From Octopus bimaculoides (lineage: Eukaryota), in assembly GCF_001194135.2 (NCBI RefSeq), contig NC_068981.1:23674819-23715300 (forward strand): a stretch of 40,482 nucleotides of DNA. Reading direction: 5' to 3'. How positions within the stretch are numbered: the first letter of the stretch is position 1; the number at the start of each line of letters is the position of its first letter. The notes under the pieces are model-generated. The model was given only the letters and a program-made list of their open reading frames with translations, searched no databases and was not told the origin of the DNA. The position numbers and the translations under genes were made by a program. Positions 24,545-36,602 of this stretch are shown here, piece by piece.

Positions 24545-24960
24545 ATTCCAAAATATAAAAATATCAACAAATTTTATTCACGTTTGTTGCTAAAGGGTAA
24601 AACTATAATTGAATACGTTAGTATGTTGAAGATTTATCTACTAACTGTAGCTGGTCATTCAGAGGTGAAAAGCTATTTATAACAACAATTTTCTCCCGTC
24701 ACCTCACTACCACATCCACTTCCGTAACCATCATCGACGATTTAACTGCCACCATTATTTGTTTCATGTTACTATGCAACAGTTTTCAAACTATGCTTTA
24801 GCATACTTTAAAGGTAAAGTTCATTGCCATGGATTCAAATCAATGTGTCAACTGGAATGTCTAAGTATCATTTCTATTCCACGGAGTTTGGGTCATATTA
24901 AACGTACGTATGAACACACGTACGTACATACATACATACAGAGGCACAAGTTTGTGTGTA

Positions 24961-25011
<51 letters not shown>

Positions 25012-27047
25012 TCTTTTATTCTTTTAGTGGTTTCACTCGAAGGGTTGCAGCCATGTTTGTGCACTGCCTTAATATATTTTCATTCAGAAATGGAAGTTGG
25101 TCTATCCTTGAGTTTGTAGCAGCTGGTGTGACTGGTGAGTATCGTCCTTAGGAATTTACCCAATGTATTTTTTTAATATATATTTCAGTGCAGCTCCCTT
25201 TTATATTTCTGATTCTTTTATGTAAGTAGTTGAATAATGGAGTAACTCTAAATATAAGACTGGCACAATAAGGTGTTTATACTCGTGATTTCGAAGGTGG
25301 TATATTCGTTTACTTCTCTTATATTATTGATTTCTTCTCTCGCTTTTCTTCCTCCTTTCCACACACGCCCACTTGCACACATCTAAATACAAAGTAAATC
25401 ATCGCATATATCCACCCTCCCATATTTTTTTATATCTGTCTATCTGTATGATAAGTCGAAATAGTCAAAGCAACCACCCATAAACCCCAAAGAATATTCT
25501 GACTGGTATACATTGGTAAATATTCCTTCGTTAAAATTCGATACAGCCAGAACACTAATGCAGTTTTTCTTTGCCTAAAGAAGCGAACATGGATATTGCA
25601 AAGCATATTTTTAATATCATATTGATGGGGAACACAGTAACTAAAAAAAGTGGTTTGTGGAAACGTACGTAGCAGCGCATTAAAGGATTTATGTAACTCC
25701 ATCCCAAAATTCTTGTCATTACTATATTCATCCTGTGCTTTGGCAGCACCAAACTAATAACCGCTCCATAAGATTATTCTGGAAGATGGGAATAATAAAT
25801 AGTATCTAGAATAAATAGGATGGGAACATATGAGCGCACTCGAAAACGTTTTGCATAAACATATTGATACATTTATTCGTATATATGTATACATATATAT
25901 ACAAATATATAATTGAGATATAGTTGAATTAGGTACTTAAGTTGGAGCGCCAAGTCAGTGCAGTATTATCAGCACAGCTCAAAGTAAGGTGAATAAAATC
26001 AAAATAAGCAATAGGATATCAAGTAGTGACGTAGTACGACCGCTTCAAGCGGATCCATTTAACTGAACGATGCAATCATTACATCAATATAAATGCAGTG
26101 CTCTCATCAGCTGTATAAATAAATAAATAGAATTTTAACAAGCAGGTTACATTAATATAATTTTTCTCACAAATCTTAACAGAGCAAGAAGATGGAAGAA
26201 ATTCATTTTGTCGCTATTGTAACTAAGAATAGACTACACCTCCTAGAATCGCATGAAACCTAGTGGAGTCATAGTACTGTAAGGGATTGTAATTCATTTC
26301 TAATTCATTTATATCTTTATCAACTACTAAATCTAAGACTAGAAGACTGTGTCTATTTTGAATAAAGGACAAGAGTAAGTTGACAGCTCATGGCTAGGTA
26401 TGGTCATAAATATTATCATATGTATCACTTTTTCCCCAGGGAGGAAATAAAACATTAAGGATAGCCAGTTGGATATAAGTAACTGTCTATAAAAAGAAGT
26501 ATGGTAGGGGTACACTTTCAATCATGATGTTAATTACCAGTTAAAGTGGCAAGACGCAAAGAAACCTGCGACGTTAATATAGAGGAAATTTCATTTTCGC
26601 GCACAATGGGCGATTGTTTATAAACAATGTTGTTTGTTATGTTGTATAAAAATAAAATTTAAGTATTTCAAAAATGCTATCATAAGCAAAATAGGTAAAA
26701 GGTGTATATATATTAATTATAAATATTAAAAAGGTAAGAGTACATAGAATCATTTTAATATTCATTCATGTACTTATTTTAATTACTTAATTGGTGGTTT
26801 CTGTAAAGAGTGCTAAGAGCATTTACTTATGGAATAACTGGAAAGATATACATGCTATCTGTTAATTTTAAGCCATGAACTAGAAAAAAGGAAAGTTGCA
26901 TACAGATACACACACATTTACATATGTGCATATATACACGTACACGAATATTGATACATTTACATGGATATAGTATAACCATCTCGCATAGAACTATGTA
27001 ACAGAAAAATATTTAAGAACAAGAAAACTAACAATTTATAAGGGATA

Positions 27048-27190
27048 AAAGTTTGCTTTCCAATCCCTTGGTTACGGGTTCAATCCCGCATCGTGGCACC
27101 CTGAGCAAGTGTCTTCTATTATAACCCGGGATGCCTTATGGGGGAATTTAGTAGACAGAAGTTGAAAGAAGCCTGTCGAATATATACATG
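27048..27190 (+). mobile_element. SINE family A, diverged 5' half
   Basis: ggttacgggttcaatcccgcatcgtggcaccctgagcaagtgtcttctattataacc...tagacagaagttgaaagaagcctgtcg. Confidence 0.75.
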
Positions 27191-27259
27191 CATTCAAATA
27201 TATATAACAATAGAGGGGGTGTTTCCACGCAGGAAAAAATATAGGCAAATTTGTTGTTG

Positions 27260-27900
27260 AAAATATATATCTATATAGGTCAAACTAGCTTAACATTGAG
27301 AGATAGACTTACTGTACACAGGCAACAAATCCGGGACCCCACCACAGGGAAAATTCCCAGAAGCAAGCACCTACACCGATGCTCCGTAGACATAAACCCT
27401 AAATACCAAATCTTTCCTCTCAGTCAAAGCACCGGAAACACTTCGACCCAATTCCGTAATAAATAAGGAAAGCATACCCAATAAAAAATATAAACCACAG
27501 CTGAATATCCTTTTGAAAGACGTAAAAACAGTAAAGCGGAAAGGAAAAAAGACTAAATTTCTCCACAAAAAAAAAGCAGCCAGGAACAGCAAACAATTTT
27601 TAAAAACTTTAGTAAGTCTTCCAGCCTGGTTTCGAAACCGCAACTCCAAATCCCTATACAAACGGAAGTTGCTGACGTTACCTATCTCTAGACAAATGAA
27701 ATTTTACAAACTCTAGTTGCTGATGACACCTAACTCTAGACCAATCGAAATCGAACTTCAGCAAGTACAACGAAATGACCCCTTAAGAGAATCATCCAAC
27801 CGGAACGACTGATGACTGTTACCCACAGAGAAGCCATCCAGGCAGAACAAGTTTGACCACCGGAAAACAAGACGTTACCAGTATTTTAACGAATCAAAAT
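27260..27900 (+). pseudogene. Penelope-like element relic, second family: C-terminal GIY-YIG half plus putative 3' region
   Basis: ORF 27251-27466 reads YIGQTSLTLRDRLTVHRQQIRDP...SKHLHRC...NPKYQIFP; after a frameshift, KESIPNKKYKPQLN (typical GIY-YIG end E....Y.P.LN). Clearly different from the 14930-15620 family. The 3' boundary is approximate. Confidence 0.78.
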
Positions 27901-28276
27901 TCAGATCGGCTCGCGGAAAAAAAAAATATAAATACACTTAATTCCAAAACATACCATTAGAAACGAAAGCTCCTACGGAAAAAGGATCAGAGAAACTATA
28001 GACCAAATTCCCTTTTTTTTTTATTATTTTCATTTCTCCCTTGTACTTTCCCCCTACATTTCCGCGTGTAGTTTCTATTTTGTTTTTGTAACATATTTCT
28101 ATTATATACACACACATATATATATATGAGATGCAGCACAATTTTGTCTGTGAACAGGTCGAGGTCTCAAAGCGACGAAAATATTTTGACAAATTAAATT
28201 TAAATGTTGAAGTGAATCTGACGGCTTTTGCGTGTTATTTTAAATGGCTTATAAACACCTTCCACGCTGCAATTGT

Positions 28277-28350
<74 letters not shown>

Positions 28351-28510
28351 CAAAACAATACACAGGTGAAGGTATAAATATTGGCCTTTACATGGAATTA
28401 CATATACCTTTATTGTTGCCAATTCGACTTACAAATGTGTGTGTGTGTGTGCGTGTGTGTACATACCTATAAAAATATGTATACATACACACACACACAC
28501 ATATATCTAT

Positions 28511-28747
28511 TAGGACGGTGAGCTGGCAGAAACATTAGCACGCCGGGCGAAATGCTTAGCGATATTTCGTCTGCCGCTACGTTCTGAGTTCAAATTCCGC
28601 CGAGGTCGACTTTGCCTTTCATCCTTTTGGGGTCGATTAAATAAGTAACAGTTACGCACTGGGGTCGATATAATCGACTTAATCCGTTTGTCTGTCCTTG
28701 TTTGTCCCCTCTGTGTGTAGCCCCTTGTGGGTAGTAAAGAGATAACC
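28511..28747 (+). mobile_element. SINE family B, full length
   Basis: ggacggtgagctggcagaaacattagcacgccgggcg...gagttcaaattccgccgaggtcgac...gtagtaaagagata. Possible 11-bp TSD catatatctat (28500-28510 and 28748-28758; low complexity). Confidence 0.9.
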
Positions 28748-29376
28748 CATATATCTATCTGTTTATCTTTCTATCCGTATATGTATTTGTGTGTGTGTGT
28801 GTGTGTGTGTGTGTATAAATTTCTGAATGCTATAAACTACGTGACTGCCAGGCTTAAGCATGAGTACATTAGACTGGCACCCAGTACTAGCAACTATGAT
28901 AGCTTAGGGTTAAATATACATGTAGATAAAACGACGCATTACTTTGAAGAAGTCGACTTCCATGGCATTTTATTTTTAATCATTAAGTATCATTTATCAC
29001 ACTTCTTTGATTTTCTTTAAAAAAAAATCTTATTTAAACGAAACTATTTTTAAATGACATGCAGTGACTCTTATCGCATCAAATCTGATACTGAACTGAA
29101 GACGATGCTATCTCGTTCTTGTGACATTCGTGTCACGCTGACACTGATATGCACCCGCAGTAACACCTGCATACATATAAAAAGACACACATACACAAAC
29201 ATGTATGTATGTAGATATGTATGTCTATCCAGCTATCTGTGTGTGTGTTTCCGTTCGTATTAACGAGTGGTAAAAAAGAAAGTATTTGTTATAATGATAA
29301 TAGTTGCTTTAAAACAATTTATTGTCTGTTGATCTGGAGTTTTTTCCGACATATGACCAGTTCTTCGGATGGAATA

Positions 29377-29636
29377 AAACGATAAACGTCGCCCTTTCAA
29401 AGTCTAGCCAGGCTCATGGGCCCGGTTTCCCGGTTTCAATGGCGTATGTGTTCCCCAGCTGGAGGGGACGCCAGTCCATCGCAGCGTTACTCATTTTTGC
29501 CAGCTGAATGGACTGGAGCAACGTGAAATAAAGTGTTTTGCTCAAGAACACAACGCGTCGCCCTGTCCAGGAATCGAAACCACAATCTTACGATCATGAT
29601 GCTGACACCCTAACCACTAAGCCACGCGCCTCCACA
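29377..29636 (-). mobile_element. SINE family D (tRNA head + CORE-like block), full length, 14-bp TSD
   Basis: Minus strand: ggaggcgcgtggcttagtggttagggtgtcagc...ggtttcgattcc...gttgtgttcttgagcaaaacacttt. Flanked by cttcggatggaata at 29363-29376 and 29637-29650. Confidence 0.92.
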
Positions 29637-30269
29637 CTTCGGATGGAATAGGCAAGATAAATTAAAGTTTGCGTCGTTTAAAGATAGATGGCAATTTCAC
29701 TGTAGGTATATAGCAGGCTGTCCTCTGGTTTCACGATGTAAACAAGGCTTTAGCCCAGAGTCAGAAAAGAACCGGAAGTGGCACAGAATTAAGAGGGGAT
29801 ATAGAAAGATAGTATAGGGATGGCAATGTTATATCTATGCTTAAAAATTAGAAATGCTACTCCTCAGCAGGGCAGTAATCATTACGGAGAGAATCGTAAG
29901 TGGTGGAAAAATAGAACAGTGAACCATCACATGATATCGTGAAATACGCTGCTATGTAAGGAGTAGGAGGAGTGGAGTATTGAGAGCCATACTAAAATTC
30001 AGATCCAAATATGAAATCTTGTTGCCCAATTTCATATTTACAGGTTTTAGTATTCACTTTTCATTACGTGTGTCTTTGCACAGTTTTTCTCCTATTTCCG
30101 AGTAGCACGTGCCGACTTTAGCATCGAATGTTTGGTTTCAAAGGTAATTAATATCTCATGAATTATATCGTATCTTAAAGCGCCCATGGTGCAGATAAAG
30201 CAATTTTTGTAATTCAGATCTGCAATAGATCCAACGTATAATTCTCTCTTCTATAGGAACAAAGCATGA

Positions 30270-30457
30270 TATTTTTTGGGGAAGTGGGTTTATTGACTAC
30301 ATAGGTCTTACTTCGCAACTGGAACGTATTCCATCGACCCCGAAAGGATGAAAGGCAAAGTCTTTCACAGCGGATTTGGAACTCAGAACGTAAAGACGGA
30401 TGAAATGCCGCTAGGCATTTTGCCCGGCGTGCTAACGATTCTGCCAGTTCACCGCCA
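30270..30457 (-). mobile_element. SINE family B, diverged copy
   Basis: atcgaccccgaaaggatgaaaggcaaagtc...actcagaacgtaaagacgg...gcccggcgtgctaacgattctgccagttcaccgcc. Confidence 0.85.
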
Positions 30458-31689
30458 TCGTCCACTATATAATATAACGCAATGCCAAATGGATGACGCG
30501 AATTTCGTATTGCATAGGCGCAGATACCAAAAGCAAGTACCAAATATAAAATGTAAAGTACACAATTTCAAAAATGGTTTAAGATAAGAATACAAAAATT
30601 CAGCAGCCTTAATAATGAAGTTTGGGTGAAATACACAATTTCAGGGTGAACAATACAATAGAATATTATGCTATAGTCTTCAAATTGCAGAATACAGTAT
30701 TCAAAGCCCACAATATCACCCTGGATATCACCATATTGCATAGTGTCCTCATGAGTAGATAAGTCGGAGGTGTGGTGGCGTCAGCATAAACGTGAACTTT
30801 CTGGAATCTCCCTACAGCGGCTATTTGGAATGTGTGGATACGTGGGTTGTGTCGTATTTTTGATCAACAACCCGTGAAATTTTGGGAATATAAATTACTC
30901 TGAGGTTCAGAGGATGGGAATAAAATTTCCAATTATCAGGTGCAACCAAGCGAGGATAAGGTGTGAAATGGGGAAAAAGCTGCTCATGCTCTTCCTCGTG
31001 TTGTCATGGGTGTCTATTTGTGGCCTTCACAGTCAGTGAAGTATGTAGGAGGTAAAATGTGGCACGTGTTAAGAATTTGGGATCATCAGAACTTTTAGAA
31101 AATAAGCGCGCGCGCACACACATATACGCAGCGCTTACACGATGCTGTGAGCGTGTACGTATAGGGAAAATAAGATGTGGGAATATGAGAAAAAAGTGTA
31201 TTCAATATTGTCAGTAAAGTTTATTAGAAAATAAATCTTCACCTGAAAGAAAATGAGGCGTAAAGTCACTGTGCAGAAGTCCTCTTGTGGGCCTGGAGGC
31301 CTGGGGACTTGGATACGGCTATTCATTTAATCTGTGATAAACCGAGCCTCACCCCAATTGTTTCAATCAATGTTTCATCTATTTCCAAACTTAAAGTTAT
31401 TGTATATTAAACTCACCTACTCTTCCGTTTCACTGACACGCGCGCAAATAAACAGTGGTGAGAAGGCAATTGAAGAATGGGGTAAATGCTTACAGTGGTA
31501 GATGGCCTTGTGAAATCGGTATGATGACTTGAAAATTGAGGTTAGATTTGACTCAAGGGGATTTGAAATCAGATACGTGATGCAGCGAAATGTAAAGTTA
31601 CATTTCCTCAACGCCTTTACAACCAGACTAACGTTATACGGAATACACACATACTCACACATTTTTGATGTATGTGTATATGTGTGAGT

Positions 31690-31702
31690 ATATGTATATA
31701 TA

Positions 31703-31800
<98 letters not shown>
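31690..31800. repeat. Compound (TA)n(TG)n microsatellite (representative of many similar TA/CA/TATG tracts in the window)
   Basis: Read directly. Similar tracts lie at ~1220-1460, 11745-12170, 23348-23392, 24965-25008, 28275-28350, 35055-35105 and 36070-36211. Confidence 0.95.
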
Positions 31801-31801
<1 letters not shown>

Positions 31802-31935
31802 ATATATACATACATACATGAATACATGCGCACATACATATACAAATACAAAACTGATATTTATTGGTAGGATGGAGAAGTGAAATCTAATAACCTAACG
31901 GAACAGCAGTACACATAGGCTCACACACGCGCACG

Positions 31936-31976
<41 letters not shown>

Positions 31977-32968
31977 GCAACGCATATACACAACACGCAC
32001 ACATGCAAGCACGCACACGCGCGTATGTTTTGTGTGGGAGTGTGCGCATCTGTTTATATGTGTGTATGTATGTCTTCTTTTTTCAGTTTTATTTCAAGAT
32101 TTCTTGCCAACAGAGAAAAGCCCAGTTTCCACCCTAGATCCAAGGCTCCTTCATTGGAACTTCAACATCAGTATGTATGTATGTATGTATGTATGTATGT
32201 ATGTATGTGTGTATGTATAACTTGTCCTGGAGATGGTGTATTGCGAATTCGTGCGGTTTTGACGATATCAGAGCGAGCCGAAGCAGCAAAATGGTGATTA
32301 TTGAACCGTAGACGGGTGAAGCGGACGTTTCTGTTGTTTCTTTCATACGTAAGACATTGATTTGCTGAATAAGATAGTTTACTGTGCTTGGCTACTTGGG
32401 TATTGTTACTTGTGGCACGTTGTTCTTATTGTTAAATTTTCGTTGGTTCTGTCGGTAGTGTTGGTTCTGTTGCCGTTGTTGTCGTTGTTGTTTGTGGTGG
32501 TAGGTAGTGGTGGAGGTGGTGGTGATGGTGATTGCAGAGGTGGTGGTGGTGGAAATGTTAGTGGGGTTTAGATACTGATCAATTGTATCCCAGTCGCAGT
32601 ATTCTCGTTTCCAGTGGGGTCTTGGGATTACATCATCTAATGTGTACGATCCTTCTCTAAATTAGTGGAATATGTATAAACTTAGAGACACTTCCCTTCT
32701 GTTTCTAGCTAGTTATTCAATCTGTGGCAAGTATTCGTAGATGGTAAAAGACGGAGAAATCGCAAAGCAGGAAGAATATATCTTCTCTTCAGAATTTTAG
32801 CGGATCGAAAATAAAAATAAAATGGACGTACTCGGGGGCCTCAATGTTGTTTAGCTTGGCCGAAGACACGATATCGAAACAGTTGTAATTGTTTGTAGTT
32901 AAACATTTCTTCCATCTTTCAGGAACTTTTTTATAACCATTTTATTGTTTATTTTTAGTCACAAACGT

Positions 32969-33261
32969 GGTTACAGCATTGGACCGGGATGTGAGTTGTG
33001 TTCTTGAGCAAGACACTTTACTTCATGTTGCTCCAGTTAACTCAGATGTAGAAATGCGTTTCGACGTCACTGGTGCTAAGTTGTATCGACATTTGCATTT
33101 CCATTGGTTAACATCGGCGGCGTGGAGAAGGGAGGCTGGTATGCATGAGTGACTGCTGGTCTTCCATAAACAACCTTGTCCCGATTTGTGTCTTGGAGGG
33201 GAACTTTGTCAGTGCAATCCCATGTTCATTCATGACTGAAGGAGGTTTTTACCTTTTACTC
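32969..33261 (+). mobile_element. 5'-truncated SINE with family-D CORE-like block but a different 3' module; 15-bp TSD
   Basis: gttgtgttcttgagcaagacactttacttcatgttgctccagt is shared with the 29377 element; tail is tttaccttttactc. Flanked by tttagtcacaaacgt at 32954-32968 and 33262-33276. Confidence 0.85.
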
Positions 33262-33293
33262 TTTAGTCACAAACGTACAAGAATGTAAAAGAG

Positions 33294-33536
33294 ATTTAAA
33301 CTAAACATTAACTATAAAATAGTTGTGACTTTTAGTAAACATTTTGCGCACCTTTCTGGAACTCACTTGTTACAACTTAATTACTTGCCTTCCAGGAATT
33401 TAAACTAAACATTAACAGCGGATGGCGGAATAGTTATCATTATAGTAATTTCATCCATCTTTCTGGAGCTCACGCTATACTATTAAATTAGTCATCCACA
33501 ATCATAAATCTATAGAAATTTAAACTAAACATTAAC
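33294..33536. repeat. Degenerate tandem repeat (104 and 120 bp spacing) with an exact 19-mer in three copies
   Basis: atttaaactaaacattaac at 33294, 33398 and 33518. The intervening segments share ctttctggaactcac / ctttctggagctcac. Confidence 0.8.
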
Positions 33537-33594
33537 CGCATGGTTCTTGATCAATTATGCATTATTATCAAGACCAGATATAAGTCATAAAACT

Positions 33595-33862
33595 TGGGTC
33601 TGTCATGAGCCCCAAGGACTCATAAAGACCGGAGCTGAATCAATTTCCTTGACGTATAAGTGACTGAGATTACAACACACTCCACTGAACGGAACACCAG
33701 TTCGTCACAGAGTTAACTTAACTGCTATTACTTCCGAGTGAAGTGGAGCAACGTGAAATGAAGTTTTTGCCCAAGAGCGCAATGCGCCACCCAAGCCGGG
33801 AATCGAGATCATGACCGTAAGACCATGAGTGTAATACACTAGTCACTAGACCACAAGTCTTC
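33595..33862 (-). mobile_element. Old, diverged family-D-like SINE
   Basis: Minus strand: tgtggtctagtgactagtg...ctcgattccc...ctcttgggcaaaaacttcatttcacgttgctcca...ctgtgacgaactggtgttcc. Confidence 0.65.
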
Positions 33863-35053
33863 ATTATAATCTATAGCCATTGATTAATTAAATCCTGATT
33901 CGCCTGGTAGAATAATACCATCACGTAGCTTTAGTGTTACTTGAGCGGCCTACCATCTACGGGGTCACCATTGTGATGTTATATGATTAGAAATCTTAGT
34001 GAGTTGCCTCTTTCCGCAGTTTACTTCCTCCTACCAATCACACCAATCACACGAGTCATGAAAAGTTCATAGGACATGCCATTCTTCTTCAGACATTAAG
34101 CTAAGAAAAAACGAAATAAATAAATATTTAACTTTATTATGAAATCACATTGACATCATGCCTATATTTAAAAAAAAATTATTTGGCAGAATCTTTCGGA
34201 ACTCTCCGAAAAACACATTAAATTTCATTAACAAATACAATTAAAGAAAAGAGAAGACAAGCTAATAGAAGTTTGTGAGAATCATAAAGCTGTAATCATT
34301 CGCCGTAAAATAAATAACGTGAGTGCTACATCATTAGAGCAACATCGTTTTACTTCTGGCAACATACTACGTTTTAATTACATGCTGCCTGCTAACAAAG
34401 ATCAGATTTTATCCCCGAGCATGAAAATACTTTTTTTTTCCCGAAATTAATTCTTAATTTCTTGGTATAATCGCCCCTTTTCTTTCGGAGTCACTAAAAA
34501 TTGCCATATAGTGTTTTTTTGTTTCTTTCCCTTCTTCAACTGAGATGCTAGTTTCAGTTAATTGAAAAGAAAAAAACAAAAACAAAAGGGAACTGTGTAT
34601 ATCGTTCAGCTCTTCATCCCCTGCCAGACTTACAATGTAAACGTGCCATCGTAGTGTCATTGCATTTATTTCATCTTTGCTTTCCTTTCTCCTGTGTGAC
34701 TATTAAAGAACATTTAGAGTTGCGATGGGGTTATACATGGTGAATACATTCGGAAGGACGTCTGAATATGGACGAAAATCTTTTAAATGAAATTTACAGA
34801 CTTCGATTTTTAATGTTATGATTATAATTTGATCTGTTTAACGGTGATAAAGAAACAAACATGAGATAATGAACAATATAAAGACTCGCACGATGAATAA
34901 CATACTAGGGGGAAAAGGATAGGACAATAATAAGAGAAAGAGGGAAGACGAGGAAAAAAAATCACTGACAAGACAATAACTGCAGGCATAATAATGTACT
35001 TAAGATGTTCACTTATGAGTGAAATCTGATAAACAGAAACTACGAGGAAGTAT

Positions 35054-35109
<56 letters not shown>

Positions 35110-36070
35110 ACACGTATGTTTACATATATTAGTGACGCGAATAAATATGTCGCAGATATAACGAGAATGTGTCCCCGTACACTACTTTAGCAAAGATCTA
35201 AATGAAATGAAAATAATTCAAATTTCAGAACGACAACATACATATATGTATATACATATATGTATATAAATATGTATATAAATAGCTTATACGGGAATGC
35301 CATGTGGAGGAGTCCAAGTGTCACTTGACATAATTTCAAGGAAACATACATTGTATACATACTTTTCTCATGGATATNNNNNNNNNNNNNNNNNNNNNNN
35401 NNNNNNNNNNNNNNNNNNNNNNNNNNNNNNNNNNNNNNNNNNNNNNNNNNNNNNNNNNNNNNNNNNNNNNNNNNNNNNNNNNNNNNNNNNNNNNNNNNNN
35501 NNNNNNNNNNNNNNNNNNNNNNNNNNNNNNNATATATATATATATATGAAAGGTTGATATGTTCGTGTCTTTTTCTCTGGATGTTTAGAATATCAAGATT
35601 TTAACCAACAGGAATCTTCGCAGGATTGCCCCTAAGGAATTATATATTTGTTTCTACAACATCGGAAGCTCACCTATGAACTTTTATGCTTCAGTTTTTT
35701 TCTCTCTCATCATCTCCTTATTTCTTTACTCCTTTCCTCATTTCATTAATATATACCCTTCCCATTTTCCCTATTTTTCCCTATTTGTCTCTGGTGACGG
35801 AATATCCCATACTCTGGGATATCCCATACTCTGGGATATCCCAGAAACAGTTGTAAGACATTGAATTTCTTCCCATAATAACAATGCATATGACTTAAGA
35901 TGTTTCCCTTAACTTAAGGCTTGTTGTCCTCTTTAACGATTGTATATCTGCTGCATCGGTAATCTGCAAAGGCAATATAACTACCGTGTCAGCTATAACC
36001 ATGGAACCCTAGCACTTACTTAGCGTACCTAATCGTATAGCTCACCTGTGAAGTAAAGCCCCATACTTTG

Positions 36071-36114
<44 letters not shown>

Positions 36115-36177
36115 CACACACACACACACGTATATATATATATATATATATATCCACACATATATACATATATATAA

Positions 36178-36211
<34 letters not shown>

Positions 36212-36567
36212 NNNNNNNNNNNNNNNNNNNNNNNNNNNNNNNNNNNNNNNNNNNNNNNNNNNNNNNNNNNNNNNNNNNNNNNNNNNNNNNNNNNNNNNNN
36301 NNNNNNNNNNNNNNNNNNNNNNNNNNNNNNNNNNNNNNNNNNNNNNNNNNNNNNNNNNNNNNNNNNNNNNNNNNNNNNNNNNNNNNNNNNNNNNNNNNNN
36401 NNNNNNNNNNNNNNNNNNNNNNNNNNNNNNNNNNNNNNNNNNNNNNNNNNNNNNNNNNNNNNNNNNNNNNNNNNNNNNNNNNNNNNNNNNNNNNNNNNNN
36501 NNNNNNNNNNNNNNNNNNNNNNNNNNNNNNNNNNNNNNNNNNNNNNNNNNNNNNNNNNNNNNNNNNN

Positions 36568-36602
<35 letters not shown>

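Noticed and set aside
25430-25752. Overlapping hydrophobic ORFs (possible GPCR fragment)
   Set aside because: No GPCR signature motifs are present, and AT-rich random frames are often hydrophobic.
9007-26628. Short hairpin/palindromes at 9007-9025 (aggtcgat-tag-atcgacct) and 26613-26628 (attgtttataaacaat)
   Set aside because: They are too short and isolated to exceed chance in 40 kb; the first may be a SINE remnant.
27809-27835. CTGATGA-ctgt(taccc)acag-agaag
   Set aside because: Stem II pairs, but GAAA and stem III/UH are missing.
32850-32895. gccgaagacacgatatcgaaacagttgta hammerhead-like string
   Set aside because: The core lacks CUGA, stem II is mismatched, and no stem I forms.
33294-33536. 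CRISPR-like array
   Set aside because: The context is eukaryotic, there are no cas genes, the spacers are too long and unequal (85 and 101 bp), and they are homologous to each other.
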